In this document: positions 14,035 through 43,140 of the stretch, piece by piece
Layout: every line of letters starts with the position of its first letter
Position numbering within the stretch: the first letter of the stretch is position 1
NCBI GenBank assembly: GCA_002269645.1
Contig: NIVC01003647.1
Coordinates: 21,835 to 85,834 of the forward strand
Source of the DNA: Macrostomum lignano
Taxonomy: Eukaryota
DNA: 64,000 bases
Direction of reading: 5' to 3'
The notes under the pieces: generated by a model
The model's database searches: none
Told to the model about the DNA's origin: nothing
What the model saw: only the letters and a program-made list of their open reading frames with translations
Position numbers and translations under genes: made by a program

Positions 14035-15110
14035 AAATCCCCTGAACCCCCCTCCCCCCAAATTCCCTGAAACTTTCCCTGACATTCCCTGAAACTCGAC
14101 CCGAAATCCCCTGAAGCTCCACCCGACATTCCCTGAAGCTCCACCCGAAATCCCCTGAAGCTCCACCCGACATTACCTGAAACTCCACCCGACATTCCCT
14201 AAAGCTCCACCCGAAATCCCCTGAAGCTCCACCCGACATTCCCTGAAACTCGACCCGAAATCCCCTGAAGCTCCACCCGACATTCCCTGAAGCTCCACCC
14301 GAAATCCCCTGAAGCTCCACCCGACATTCCCTGAAACTCGACCCGAAATCCCCTGAAGCTCCACCCGACATTCCCTGAAGCTCCACCCGAAATCCCCTGA
14401 AGCTCCACCCGACATTCCCTGAAACTCTACCCGAAATCCCCTGAACCCCCCTCCCCCCAAATTCCCTGAAACTTTCCCTGACATTCCCTGAAACTCGACC
14501 CGAAATCCCCTGAAGCTCCACCCGACATTCCCTGAAGCTCCACCCGAAATCCCCTGAAGCTCCACCCGACATTACCTGAAACTCCACCCGACATTCCCTA
14601 AAGCTCCACCCGAAATCCCCTGAAGCTCCACCCGACATTCCCTGAAACTCGACCCGAAATCCCCTGAAGCTCCACCGGACATTCCCTGAAGCTCCACCCG
14701 AAATCCCCTGAAGCTCCACCCGACATTCCCTGAAGCTCCACCCGAAATCCCCTGAAGCTCCACCCGACATTCCCTGAAACTCTACCCGAAATCCACTGAA
14801 ACTCGACCCGAAATCCACTGAAACTCCACCCGAAATCCCCTGAAGCTCCACCCGACATTCCCTGAAGCTCCACCCGAAATCCCCTGAAGCTCCACCCGAC
14901 ATTCCCTGAAACTCGACCCGAAATCCCCTGAAGCTCCACCCGACATTCCCTGAAGCTCCACCCGAAATCCCCTGAAGCTCCACCCGACATTCCCTGAAAC
15001 TCTACCCGAAATCCACTGAAACTCGACCCGAAATCCACTGAAACTCTACCCGAAATCCACTGAAACTCCACCCGAACTCTCCTGAAACTTCCTCAAACTC
15101 CCCTGAAATT
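14035..15110. repeat. Compound minisatellite, ~21-23-bp units CCCTGAAGCTCCACCCGA(CATT/AATC)
   Basis: Alternating variant units; a distinctive block at 14041 recurs at 14441. Confidence 0.95.
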
Positions 15111-15854
15111 CCACTCTAAAATTATTATTTCTCAAGTGTGAAGAGGCCCAAAGTGTGCAAATTTGCTAAATGATTTTTCACGTAAAATCCAAACAGTTCA
15201 AGAAAATTATAGGAAGCTGGAATAGTAGCTGGTGTACTAAGCTGATGAAGCTGGTCGATTTTCTTCCCTCCTGGATTTTAGCGTGCAAGACAAGCCGGAT
15301 CGAAGGCTTATGCTTGGGGAAAAGCTTAGAAAAACCAGAGGTGAAATCGGCAGAATGCTCCTCCGGCTTAGTTTTTCTTCATTGGAAGAAAAAGCCAGCT
15401 CAAAGTGATTGAGGTCTTCTGGTCAGGCGAAAAAGTTTATGGTGTGCAGTGCCTTAATTGAACTGCTGCCGGCGCAGGGCTTGGTTGCCGCTCCGTGCGT
15501 GGCTGCAGCTGTTACGTAATCACCCCCTCCGTCCAGTTTTTTTGTGGCGGAGAGACTGGGTCACCTGATCGTTTGCTCTTTCTCTCCACTTCTATCCTGG
15601 CCGCTGCTGGGCCTTTGGCTAGCCGTCTCTTTCGCCAAGAAGATACTTAAGATTGTAAAATAGTTAATTTAATTTCTCTTGTTGGTTAAGAAATTCTCTG
15701 CTGCATGTAGATATGTATATATGTATGTCATGTATAATGTGCATATTGCATCTACGCCTCTTAGCCTTCTTCGCGGTGTCTCTGCATATTATTATCATAT
15801 TGATTATATATTATTAGACGATGCTATTACTCATGCTTGAAAGTGACGGAATGG

Positions 15855-18800
15855 CAGTGTGAGAGAGGGTGAGAATAAGGGTGGGACGGGAGTGAGAGTG
15901 TAGATGAAAGTGAGTTTGAGGGTGAGAGGTTGAGTAAGAAAGAAAGAGAATGAAAGTGATGGAGAGAGTGAGAGTGAAAAAGAAATAAAGAGAATGAGAG
16001 TGAGGGTGAGAGGGAGAGTGAGAGAAAAAAGTGAGGGGAAGAGTGAGAGAGAGAGAGTGGGAAAGGGTGAGAGGGAGAGTGAGAAAGAACGAGAATGAGA
16101 ATGAGAGAGTGAGAAAAAAAGAGAGGGAGGGTGAGTGGGAGTGAGAGAGAGTTTTGAGTGTGTCTGGGTGTAAGAGAGTGAAAGTGCGAGAGAGAGAGGT
16201 GAGCGTGAGAGAGAGGTGAGCGTGAGAGAGAGGTGAGCGTGAGAGAGAGAAGTGAGCGTGAGAGAGAAGTGAGCGTGAGAGAGAGAAGTGAGCGTGAGAG
16301 AGAGAGGTGAGCGTGAGAGAGAGAGGTGAGCGTGAGAGAGAGAAGTGAGCGTGAGAGAGAAGTGAGCGTGAGAGAGAGAAGTGAGCGTGAGAGAGAGAGA
16401 GGTGAGCGTGAGAGAGAGAGGTGAGCGTGAGAGAGAGAGGTGAGCGTGAGAGAGAGGTGAGCGTGAGAGAGAGAGGTGAGCGTGAGAGAGAGAGGTGAGC
16501 GTGAGAGAGAGGTGAGCGTGAGAGAGAGAGGTGAGCGTGAGAGAGAGGTGAGCGTGAGAGAGAGGTGAGCGTGAGAGAGAGGTGAGCGTGAGAGAGAGGT
16601 GAGCGTGAGAGAGAGGTGAGCGTGAGAGAGAGGTGAGCGTGAGAGAGAGAAGTGAGCGTGAGAGAGAGGTGAGCGTGAGAGAGAGGTGAGCGAGAGAGAG
16701 AGGTGAGCGTGAGAGAGAGAGGTGAGCGTGAGAGAGAGAGGTGAGCGTGAGAGAGAGGTGAGCGTGAGAGAGAGAGGTGAGCGTGAGAGAGAGGTGAGCG
16801 TGAGAGAGAGGTGAGCGAGAGAGAGAGGTGAGCGTGAGAGAGAGAAGTGAGCGTGAGAGAGAGAAGTGAGCGTGAGAGAGAGAGGTGAGCGTGAGAGAGA
16901 AGTGAGCGTGAGAGAGAGAAGTGAGCGTGAGAGAGAGAGGTGAGCGTGAGAGAGAGGTGAGCGTGAGAGAGAGAAGTGAGCGTGAGAGAGAAGTGAGCGT
17001 GAGAGAGAGGTGAGCGTGAGAGAGAGAGGTGAGCGTGAGAGAGAGAGGTGAGCGTAAGAGAGAGGTGAGCGTGAGAGAGAGGTGAGCGTGAGAGAGAGGT
17101 GAGCGTGAGAGAGAGGTGAGCGTGAGAGAGAGAAGTGAGCGTGAGAGAGAGGTGAGCGTGAGAGAGAGGTGAGCGAGAGAGAGAGGTGAGCGTGAGAGAG
17201 AGAGGTGAGCGTGAGAGAGAGGTGATCGTGAGAGAGAGAGGTGAGCGTGAGAGAGAGGTGAGCGTGAGAGAGAGGTGAGCGAGAGAGAGAGGTGAGCGTG
17301 AGAGAGAGAAGTGAGCGTGAGAGAGAGAAGTGAGCGTGAGAGAGAGAGGTGAGCGTGAGAGAGAAGTGAGCGTGAGAGAGAGAAGTGAGCGTGAGAGAGA
17401 GGTGAGCGTGAGAGAGAGAAGTGAGCGTGAGAGAGAAGTGAGCGTGAGAGTGAGAAGTGAGCGTGAGAGAGAGAAGTGAGCGTGAGAGAGAGGTGAGCGT
17501 GAGAGAGAGAAGTGAGCGTGAGAGAGAGAAGTGAGCGTGAGAGAGAGAAGTGAGCGTGAGAGAGAGAAGTGAGCGTGAGAGAGAGGTGAGCGTGAGAGAG
17601 AGAAGTGAGCGTGAGAGAGAGAAGTGAGCGTGAGAGAGAGAAGTGAGCGTGAGAGAGAAGTGAGCGTGAGAGAGAGAAGTGAGCGTGAGAGAGAGAAGTG
17701 AGCGTGAGAGAGAGAAGTGAGCGTGAGAGAGAAGTGAGCGTGAGAGAGAGAAGTGAGCGTGAGAGAGAGAAGTGAGCGTGAGAGAGAGGTGAGCGTGAGA
17801 GAGAGGTGAGCGTGAGAGAGAGGTGAGCGTGAGAGAGAGGTGAGCGTGAGAGAGAGAGGTGAGCGTGAGAGAGAGAAGTGAGCGTGAGAGAGAGAGGTGA
17901 GCGTGAGAGAGAGGTGAGCGAGAGAGAGAGGTGAGCGTGAGAGAGAGGTGAGCGTGAGAGAGAGAAGTGAGCGTGAGAGAGAGGTGAGCGTGAGAGAGAG
18001 GTGAGCGAGAGAGAGAGGTGAGCGTGAGAGAGAGGTGAGCGTGAGAGAGAGAGGTGAGCGTGAGAGAGAGAGGTGAGCGTGAGAGAGAGAGGTGAGCGTG
18101 AGAGAGAGGTGAGCGTGAGAGAGAGAAGTGAGCGTGAGAGAGAGGTGAGCGTGAGAGAGAGGTGAGCGTGAGAGAGAGGTGAGCGTGAGAGAGAGAAGTG
18201 AGCGTGAGAGAGAGAAGTGAGCGTGAGAGAGAGAAGTGAGCGTGAGAGAGAGAAGTGAGCGTGAGAGAGAGAAGTGAGCGTGAGAGAGAGAAGTGAGCGT
18301 GAGAGAGAGAGGTGAGCGTGAGAGAGAGGTGAGCGTGAGAGAGAGAGGTGAGCGTGAGAGAGAGAGGTGAGCGTGAGTGAAGGTGAGCGTGAGAGAGAGA
18401 GGTGAGCGTGAGAGAGAGGTGAGCGTGAGAGAGAGGTGAGCGTGAGAGAGAGGTGAGCGTGAGAGAGAGAAGTGAGCGTGAGAGAGAGAAGTGAGCGTGA
18501 GAGAGAGAAGTGAGCGTGAGAGAGAGAAGTGAGCGTGAGAGAGAGAAGTGAGCGTGAGAGAGAGAGGTGAGCGTGAGAGAGAGGTGAGCGTGAGAGAGAG
18601 AGGTGAGCGTGAGAGAGAGAGGTGAGCGTGAGAGAGAGAGGTGAGCGTGAGAGAGAGGTGAGCGTGAGAGAGAGAGAGGTGAGCGTGAGAGAGAGAGGTG
18701 AGCGTGAGAGAGAGAGGTGAGCGTGAGAGAGAGAAGTGAGCGTGAGAGAGAGGTGAGCGTGAGAGAGAGAGGTGAGCGTGAGAGAGAGGTGAGCGTGAGA

Positions 18801-19216
18801 GAGAGAGGTGAGCGTGAGAGAGAGAAGTGAGCGTGAGAGAGAGGTGAGCGTGAGAGAGAGAGGTGAGCGTGAGAGAGAGAGGTGAGCGTGAGAGAGAGAA
18901 GTGAGCGTGAGAGAGAAGTGAGCGTGAGAGAGAGAGGTGAGCGTGAGAGAGAGAGGTGAGCGTGAGAGAGAGAGGTGAGCGTGAGAGAGAAGTGAGCGTG
19001 AGCGTGAGAGAGAGGTGAGCGTGAGAGAGAGGTGAGCGTGAGTGAAGGTGAGCGTGAGAGAGAGAGGTGAGCGTGAGAGAGAGGTGAGCGTGAGAGAGAG
19101 AGGTGAGCGTGAGAGAGAGAGGTGAGCGTGAGAGAGAGAGGTGAGCGTGAGAGAGAGAGGTGAGCGTGAGAGAGAGAGGTGAGCGTGAGAGAGAGAGAGG
19201 TGAGCGTGAGAGAGAG
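15855..19216. repeat. 3.3-kb GA-rich array, unit (G/A)GTGAGCGT(GA)n, with a degenerate GA-rich leader at 15855-16190
   Basis: Roughly 150 near-perfect units; source of the 1148-aa and 1134-aa pseudo-ORFs. Confidence 0.97.
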
Positions 19217-20029
19217 GAAACACAGAGTTGCACAAAGATCAGGCCGCTTGTCAGTTCCATTTCCAGCGCGTCAATTGCAGCCCCTATTTAGTTGAAGTTT
19301 CAGCGAATGCATCAAACTCCACTTCTAACATAGCGGCTTTATCAAGTAAGCGCCAAGTGAAGCGCGCATTGAGTTCAGTTCATATGCTAAGGCGATGTAG
19401 ACACAGAACCAGGGTAGGGGATTTGGTTTGTCAAGATCTGCTTGGCCAACAGCAATATTGAATTTCCTATTCTCTCTCTCCCTCTCTTATCGTCTGTCAC
19501 TACAAGACTTTTCAGCTCGGATCGGCGATTTCCCAATAGCCCCCTCCCCCCGCATCCCTTCTTCATCGTACAACTTCTCTCCTAACCACTCTACTTTCTC
19601 AAGGGGATTTTTAGTGTGGTATATATGTAGAAGTATAGTAATATAGAGCATCTTTAATCCCTTCTATTCACACCGCCTGGATATTTTGCGCCTTGACGCC
19701 TTATAATTATTAAAGGCACGCCCGCATGCTACACTGCGTGCGTGTCTGGCTGTGCCTGATGTTTTCCGCCTTGCCGCCTCTCCCCCTCCACCACTCTCCT
19801 TCGTCCCCTATGCGTCATCGACCGGTTCGCGGTGTCGGCTATGGCTACTGAGTTTCTCGGGGGGGGAGGGAGGCAAGCCTGGTACAATCTGTCTACCAAC
19901 TTCTTTTTTTAAAAATGGTATTTTTACCGCTTGAATTGGTCAGTTAATTTTTGTTTCGGTTTTTTTCTCTAATGGTTTACATAATCTTGACACCAATTTG
20001 TCTGCTTTTTGACAGTTTTTAAATAACCT

Positions 20030-21800
20030 ACTGATAGTTATCCAATAACATCTGACAGTTATCCATTAACCTACTGACAATATCCATTAACCTACTGACA
20101 GTTATCCATTAACCTCTGACAATATCCATTAACCTACTGACAGTTATCCATAACCCTACTGACAATGTCCATAAACCTACTACTGACAGTTATCCATAAA
20201 CCTACTGACAATGTTATCCATTGACATACAATGGATGTCCGATATATACAATGGATATATACATGGATACAATGGATATATACAATGGATATCCGATGAC
20301 ATATTGACATTGCCTACTGACTACTGACAGTTATCCATTAACCTACTGATAGTTATCCAATAACATCTGACAGTTATCCATTAACCTACTGACAATATCC
20401 ATTAACCTACTGACAGTTATCCATAAACCTACTGACAATGTCCATAAACCTACTACTGACAATATCCATTAACCTACTGACAATATCCATTAACCTACTG
20501 ACAATATCCATTAACCTACTGACAATGTCCATAAACCTACTACTGACAGTTATCCATTAACCTACTGACAATGTCCATAAACCTACTACTGACAGTTATC
20601 CATTAACCTGCTGACAATGTCAATAAACCTACTACTGACAGTTATCCATTAACCTACTGATAGTTATCCAATAACATCTGACAGTTATCCATTAACCTAC
20701 TGACAATATCCATTAACCTACTGACAGTTATCCATAAACCTACTGACAATGTCCATAAACCTACTACTGACAATGTCCATTAACCTACTGACAATATCCA
20801 TTAACCTACTGACAATATCCATTAACCTACTGACAGTTATCCATTAACCTACTGACAATATCCATTAACCTACTGACAGTTATCCATAAACCTACTGACA
20901 ATGTCCATAAACCTACTACTGACAGTTATCCATAAACCTACTGACAATGTCCATAAACCTACTACTGACAGTTATCCATAAACCTACTGACAATGTCCAT
21001 AAACCTACTACTGACAGTTATCCATTAACCTACTGATAGTTATCCAATAACATCTGACAGTTATCCATTAACCTACTGACAATATCCATTAACCTACTGA
21101 CCTACTGACAATGTCCATAAACCTACTACTGACAGTTATCCATTAACCTACTGACAATGTCCATAAACCTACTACTGACAGTTATCCATTAACCTACTGA
21201 TAGTTATCCAATAACATCTGACAGTTATCCATTAACCTACTGACAATATCCATTAACCTACTGACAGTTATCCATAAACCTACTGACAATGTCCATAAAC
21301 CTACTACTGACAATGTCCATTAACCTACTGACAATATCCATTAACCTACTGACAATATCCATTAACCTACTGACAGTTATCCATTAACCTACTGACAATA
21401 TCCATTAACCTACTGACAGTTATCCATAAACCTACTGACAATGTCCATAAACCTACTACTGACAGTTATCCATAAACCTACTGACAATGTCCATAAACCT
21501 ACTACTGACAGTTATCCATAAACCTACTGACAATGTCCATAAACCTACTACTGACAGTTATCCATTAACCTACTGATAGTTATCCAATAACATCTGACAG
21601 TTATCCATTAACCTACTGACAATATCCATTAACCTACTGACAGTTATCCATTAACCTACTGACAATATCCATTAACCTACTACTGACAATGTCCATTAAC
21701 CTACTGACAGTTATCCATTAACCTACTGACAATATCCATTAACCTACTGACAGTTATCCATTAACCTACTGACAATGTCCATAAACCTACTGACAGTTAT
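20030..21800. repeat. Minisatellite, ~22-bp unit ACCTACTGACA(GTT/AT)ATCCAT(T/A)A with 540-bp higher-order repeat
   Basis: Lines 20641-21060 recur at 21181-21600 (offset 540). Confidence 0.93.
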
Positions 21801-22377
21801 TAACAGTTCACACCTAAGAGAAGGTACTTCCGCAGCGCCGAATCTACCCAAAAGCCCATCTCTATCTTTGTTTTCGATAGTTCTATCGATGACCGCATTT
21901 GTCACAATAGACACCCAAAAGAGTTGCTAATCTGGGCTTCAAAAATTGTGCTAAACTGCCCCTTGATTACAGCTAATTAACAGGGCCCACTGCACTGTCC
22001 ACTACTTGAACTGTTTTTCTCTGTCTGTCTTCAAAACTGTAATTTCTCTAGCTAACTATGTTGTACAAGTATGCGAGAGCCACGCTTCTCCAATGGTTTT
22101 TCTTAAGCTTCCATTCTTATCTTTATCTGAAGGAGTTCATTCTTCACTTTCCGCGTTCGTTCACTTGCCGATTGGCCTGCCGAATAGTGAGCGAAAATGT
22201 GCGGGACCTGCGCCTTCTTGCCTTAGCAGTTTAGAAATTCACGGCACCAAAAATTTGCTTTCCTAACAGCTGATGCTAGTATTTTTGCCCGAATCTTAAT
22301 AAAGTGCACGAATCGTCCTTTATTTGTGGCAAAAATATGCTGCAAAGGCAAGGCTGAGACTTTGAACTGACAATCCC

Positions 22378-22800
22378 CAGGGTCAGAGTGAGATTTTGAA
22401 CTGGCTAGCTAAGGGTCAGAGTGAGATTTTGAACTGGCTAGTTAAGGGTCAGAGTGAGATTTTGAACTGGCTAGCTAAGGGTCATAGTGAGATTTTAAAC
22501 TGGCTACCAAAAGGTCAGAGTGAGATTTTGAACTGGCTAGCTAAGGGTCAGAGTGAGATTTTGAACTGGCTAGCTAAGGGTCAGAGTGAGATTTTGAACT
22601 GGCTAGTTAAGGGTCAGAGTGAGATTTTAAACTGGCCAGCAAAGGGTCATAGTGAGATTTTAAACTGGCTACCAAAGGGTCAGAGTGAGATTTTGAACTG
22701 GCTAGCTAAGGGTCAGAGTGAGATTTTGAACTGGCTAGCTAAGGGTCAGAGTGAGATTTTGAACTGGCTAGTTAAGGGTCAGAGTGAGATTTTGAACTGG
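22378..22800. repeat. Minisatellite, 33-bp unit AGGGTCAGAGTGAGATTTTGAACTGGCTAGCTA
   Basis: About 13 tandem copies ending ~70 bp before the Ig1 exon acceptor. Confidence 0.95.
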
Positions 22801-22873
22801 CAGCAGGCTTGCATTTTGTTAAACGCCTCCTAAAATCCTGATCGCCGATCACCCCCGCCTGCCCTTCGCCCAG

Positions 22874-38328
<15,455 letters not shown>

Positions 38329-38664
38329 TGCCAGCCACGGGCACCCTTGGATGCAGATTGACAATTTCACCCTATTGATTTATAAAATTCGTTTTGATTT
38401 TTTTATAAACCGATAGCACTTGTCTTTTCACTGTTAGCTGGCGTTTGCTTTTTGCCTATATATGTGTGTGTATCTGTGTATTTCTTTGTTTCTATTTGCG
38501 CGTTTTCAATTTATTGTCTCTATTACATTTTTCTGTGGCGTTTCCTGTTACTCGTAGATTACATTTTTGGCTGGTTGCGGGCTGCTTTACCTTGGCTTTG
38601 ATTCTTTGTCTGTCTTGGTGTGCGCTGTCTCTCCACTGTGAATTTGCAGCTAGGTTAGGCACTG

Positions 38665-39115
38665 ACATGAGACACTAGGACATGAGAGACTAGGACATGA
38701 GACACTCGGACATGAGACACTCGGACATGAGACACTCGGACATGAGACACTAGAACTTGTGAGACTAGGACATGAGACACTAGGACATGAGACTAGGACA
38801 TGAGGCACTAGAACATGAGATACTAGGACATGAGACGCTAGGACATGAGACACTAGGACATGAGACTAGGACATGAGGCACTAGAACATGAGATACTAGG
38901 ACATGAGACGCTAGGACATGAGACACTAGGACATGAGACACTATAGGACATGTGAGACTAAAACATGAGACACTAAAACATGAGACACTAGGACATAAGT
39001 CCTGAGACGCTCGGACATAAGACACTAGGACATAAGTCATGAGACGCTCGGACATGAGACACTAGGACATAAGTCATAGACGCTCGGACATGAGACACTA
39101 GACATGAGACACTAA
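38665..39115. repeat. 15-bp minisatellite GACATGAGACACTAG (also 45536-46181 and 52297-52942)
   Basis: Tandem copies present in each duplication unit; longer in copies 2 and 3. Confidence 0.95.
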
Positions 39116-40475
39116 GACAGACAGACGGTAGAAACGCAGCAGCTTGCCAGTGAATCACAATACCGTGAATCAGTATCTCTATTAAATAATGGGGCATTGA
39201 TTCTTTTAACAAAAACTTTTTACAATGAAAAAGAAGATAAGGAAAATGCCAGAGCTCAAGCGCTTTCTTTGATCTCTCGCGTTTGCCTGTATTCTCTTCT
39301 GAACTCGATTTGTTGCTTTTGCCCTTGCTACTATTGTTAACTACCACCATGCCTCCTCCTTAGCTTTGCTGTGCTCTATTTGCTGCACTCTGCTATCGCG
39401 CTGCTATGCACCCTATAATGCTACTACTAGTATGATTTTTACCCTTTTTATTATATATTTTATCTGTGTATTGTTTACCGTCTTTTAAATCTCGCGAGCC
39501 CAGGCACGCCAATTTATTAGCCATTGCTGGTTGTTCTGCTTGTTTTGATAAATAGACAACTAATTCTTATAAAATAAAACAAATTTGTTCAATTTTCTGT
39601 GTAAAATAAGCTAAGTTTACTTTTCGCCTACTGTAAGTAGCAATGCTTGCGTGTTTAGGCGCGCTTTTTTGTTGACGGAAATTTTCTCGATATAGCTTTT
39701 TAAATGCTAGTTTTGCTACATGTTATTCAACAAAATAAACACAGTTTATTGCTGCGCGTTCTGCTTGGCTCTGTTCAACGTGTTAATTCATTGATTATGC
39801 ATGGATTATCAGCATCTGTCACGAACTCTATCCTCACTCCCAGCTGCATTTTTCTTAGGTTTTTAATCTACTAATTAATCGGTACAATTTGTTAAATCGG
39901 TTTCAAACAGTTTTTCTATTACCAAAGCAAAGCCTTCCTGAAGCAGCTCCTTGTTCATAAAGACGCACCTGTTAATATATTATTTTACCTATAATATGCT
40001 TTGTGTATTCGTTGTTATGTGTAAACATAATCGCTATCTGCTGTCTACTTTATTCGCCGTTTTTTTTCTGATTGGCCGCAGTTTTTTTCGGCTGCCGTCC
40101 GTGCTCACAGAAATGTGAGTACGAGTATACTACTGTCTAGGATGGTTCTTCATTCATCGTTCACAAATTTATTTAATTATTTATACAACAACCCGGCTCC
40201 ACAGGATTTGCGCATGCGCTAAGATTAGCTTTCCATAATATCAATGCCGAATCTGCCCCCCCCCGGGTCCGTCATTAATAATTATCGATTATCATTTTCA
40301 CAAGTGCTTGATTCTTCTCTCAGTACGAGGCATCCAGCAGCGGTGGAGCTGGGAACTGCCTCGGATCGCTATAGTTATAGATATATTTCCTTGCGGCTCC
40401 CTTGCGAGTTTTATTGTGGCCTTCTGATTGCCACCCCTTTCGTAGTAGTCATTTTCATATAGATTTCCTACACCC

Positions 40476-41134
40476 CAGGACAGCCACCCCTTTACCCCTG
40501 ATTCTCCTGCCCCCAGGACAGCCACCCCTTTACCCCTGATTCTCCTGCCCCCAGGACAGCCACCCCTTTACCCCTGATTCTCCTGCCCCCAGGACAGCCA
40601 CCCCTTCACCCCTGATTCTCCTGCCTCCAAGACAGCCACCCCTTCACCCCTGATTCTCCTGCCCCCAGGACAGCCACCCCTTCACCCCTGATTCTCCTGC
40701 CTCCAGGACAGCCACCCCTTCACCCCTGATTCTCCTGCCCCCAGGACAGCCACCCCTTCACCCCTGATTCTCCTGCCCCAGGACAGCCACCCCTTCACCC
40801 CTGATTCTCCTGCCCCCAGGACAGCCACCCCTTCACCCCTGATTCTCCTGCCCCAGGACAGCCACCCCTTCACCCCTGATTCTCCTGCCCCCAGGACAGC
40901 CACCCCTTCACCCCTGATTCTCCTGCCCCCAGGACAGCCACCCCTTCACCCCTGATTCTCCTGCCTCCAAGACAGCCACCCCTTCACCCCTGATTCTCCT
41001 GCCCCCAGGACAGCCACCCCTTCACCCCTGATTCTCCTGCCCCAGGACAGCCACCCCTTCACCCCTGATTCTCCTGCCCCCAGGACAGCCACCCCTTCAC
41101 CCCTGATTCTCCTGCCTCCAGGACAGCCACCCCC
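40476..41134. repeat. ~41-bp minisatellite CCAGGACAGCCACCCCTTCACCCCTGATTCTCCTGCCC (also 47541-47900 and 54303-54852)
   Basis: Copy number differs among the three units. Confidence 0.95.
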
Positions 41135-41984
41135 TTATAAGTCTTATCTGAGATACTCTGAGTAGTATCAAAACTCCTGCTGAAGTCTCCTCGGAGTAAT
41201 CCAAATATACTAATTTTGCTACCCGTCTTAGTTGAATTGATTGGTTAGAGCTATTATGCTTGATTTCACCCCATCCACATGTAGACTTAGCTCGTATTTA
41301 ATTGCCAATGTATTGTCGATTTAACTTGCTACAGTTGCGTTGCTTGTTGTTTTGTTTTTTGTGCTTTGCAGCAGCATTAAGTTGTCTATAATAGCAACTT
41401 CATCGACTTTTTATGCTATAAACAAATTTTCTCATCTCCTAACGTACAAGTTTATTTAAACAACGTAAATAAATACAATTCAAAACGAAAATCTTACTAT
41501 TACCATTAGTGCAATCAATGCATAAACAAAGATCAATACATGTGGTTTGCTTATTCCTTTCGATTTTAAATGTCAACTGTTCTCTCGTACCTCTACATCT
41601 ACACGTTTCACCATAGACAAACTCTGTTCGAGAAAAATCCGACTTCTCAATATAGCATGCTAAAGGCACGAGCGACACAACAGTGTAGTGTTCTGTCCTC
41701 ATTTGACTTCGATTGGCCATGCGACTGCCGACAATTCGACTGCCAAAAATTGACCTATGTGTTTTAAACCATTTCTATTAAACGATCTTGAAACTAATTT
41801 TATAATTAGCTAAGATTGTATCTGTTCTTGAGCCCCAAACCTTTTTGGACCGTATACTGAAAGCTCTGTCTATAGTAGTCCTCTTGAAAAACGAGCCCAG
41901 ACTTGGATTTGGTATGCAGACACGCGAAGTCATAGATCTTCCATAGACGAAACTACATATGTAGCTAGTAGGCTCAGTCTTGGC

Positions 41985-42272
41985 CAGGGGTTGGCAAACT
42001 CCGGCCCGCCCTTGAAGCCTCTCTATCCGGCCCTCGGGTCCTTTGAAGCTTCCCCATTAGCAATCCGGTTTCCGATTAGCACAAGGTTTAATTTTGTGTC
42101 TCTTGCTCAGCTCTTTCTTTTCTCTCCTTCCCTCTCCCTTCTTTTCTCTCCTTCCCCTCTCACGTCTCGTCTCCTCTTTTGTCTTTTCTTCCATCCCATC
42201 TCTCGCCTCTTCTCTCTTTTCTTTCTTCTATTCCCTCCCTCTCCACTCTCATTTAAGTTTGCCCAACCTCTG
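41985..42272. mobile_element. hAT-type MITE (also 48751-49038 and 58291-58578)
   Basis: TIRs CAGGGGTTGGCAAACT / AGTTTGCCCAACCTCTG; decayed 8-bp TSD GTCTTGGC / GTCCAGGC. Confidence 0.75.
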
Positions 42273-42494
42273 GTCCAGGCCAGCCTAATCGAGTCTTACT
42301 TTGGCAAGCATAAGTTGTGAAGCACATGTGCTAGTCAGAAGCACACTTTATTATTCCTGCGTCTTGCTCGGGTGCTCTCCATAGCGCTCGATATTCTCTG
42401 ACTGAATCTTTCCTCTTTAAGAAATGTATCAACTTGGACGATAGACAAAAGCGAATCCGAATCCCTTAAAAATGGTGCCTAAGTTGGGCGCTCA

Positions 42495-42734
42495 GGCTAG
42501 CCAAGGAGCTCTATAATTAGCATCTGGAGTGGAAACGAGTTTTTCACTTTTACCTCACGAGGCCACGCAAATTAAGATAATTTTCACCGCATGGAGCCAC
42601 TGCATGTCTGACTCTGTCTATGCCACTCGCAAAAGACTAAATTACTCGTAGGTTTACAAACTGTGTGGCCTAGAGGTAAAGTGAAAAACTAGTTTCCACT
42701 CCAGATGCTAATTATAGAGCTCCTCGGTCTAGCC
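42495..42734. mobile_element. Long-TIR hairpin element (also at +6766 and near 58800-59040)
   Basis: GGAGCTCTATAATTAGCATCTGGAGTGGAAAC is exactly inverted at GTTTCCACTCCAGATGCTAATTATAGAGCTCC; inverted similarity extends ~70 bp. No clear TSD. Confidence 0.65.
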
Positions 42735-42746
42735 TTCCTATTTTAA

Positions 42747-43140
42747 GGGTCGCCATCATACAGATAAACCCGAAAAATCCCAACTCCGAAAGCACTTCCC
42801 ATCATAAATCCGAAAAATCATAAACCCGAAATATCATAACTCCGTAAAACAAAATAGCAACGCCCATCATCAACCCGAAAACTCACAACTCCGAAAACCG
42901 AAATAGTGTTGGACACTGCTAGAACTTTCGGAGTTAGTATATTTCGGGTTTATGATGGGCAATGCTATTTTTGTTTTCGGGAGATATGATACTTCGGGTT
43001 GTGATTTTTCGGGTTTATGATGTGCGTTGCTAGCAATTTCGGAGTTATGATATTTCGAATTAGTGATATTATTTCGGGTTTGTGATATTTCAGGCTTATG
43101 ATGGAAAGCGCTTTTCGGAGTTGTGATGCCCCCCCCCCTC
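42747..43140. mobile_element. Foldback-type MITE built of AA(C/A)(C/T)CCGAAA subrepeats and their inverse (also at +6766; diverged copy ~59050-59410)
   Basis: Left half CATCA..AACTCCGAAA/AACCCGAAA is mirrored by TTTCGGAGTT/TTTCGGGTTT..TGATG in the right half. Confidence 0.65.

Noticed and set aside
13910-15071. 357-aa Gly/Ser/Phe-rich ORF and overlapping ORFs
   Set aside because: Minisatellite translation open in several frames.
15814-19260. 1148-aa and 1134-aa minus-strand ORFs
   Set aside because: Translations of the GA-rich array, which lacks stop codons on that strand; no protein-like content.
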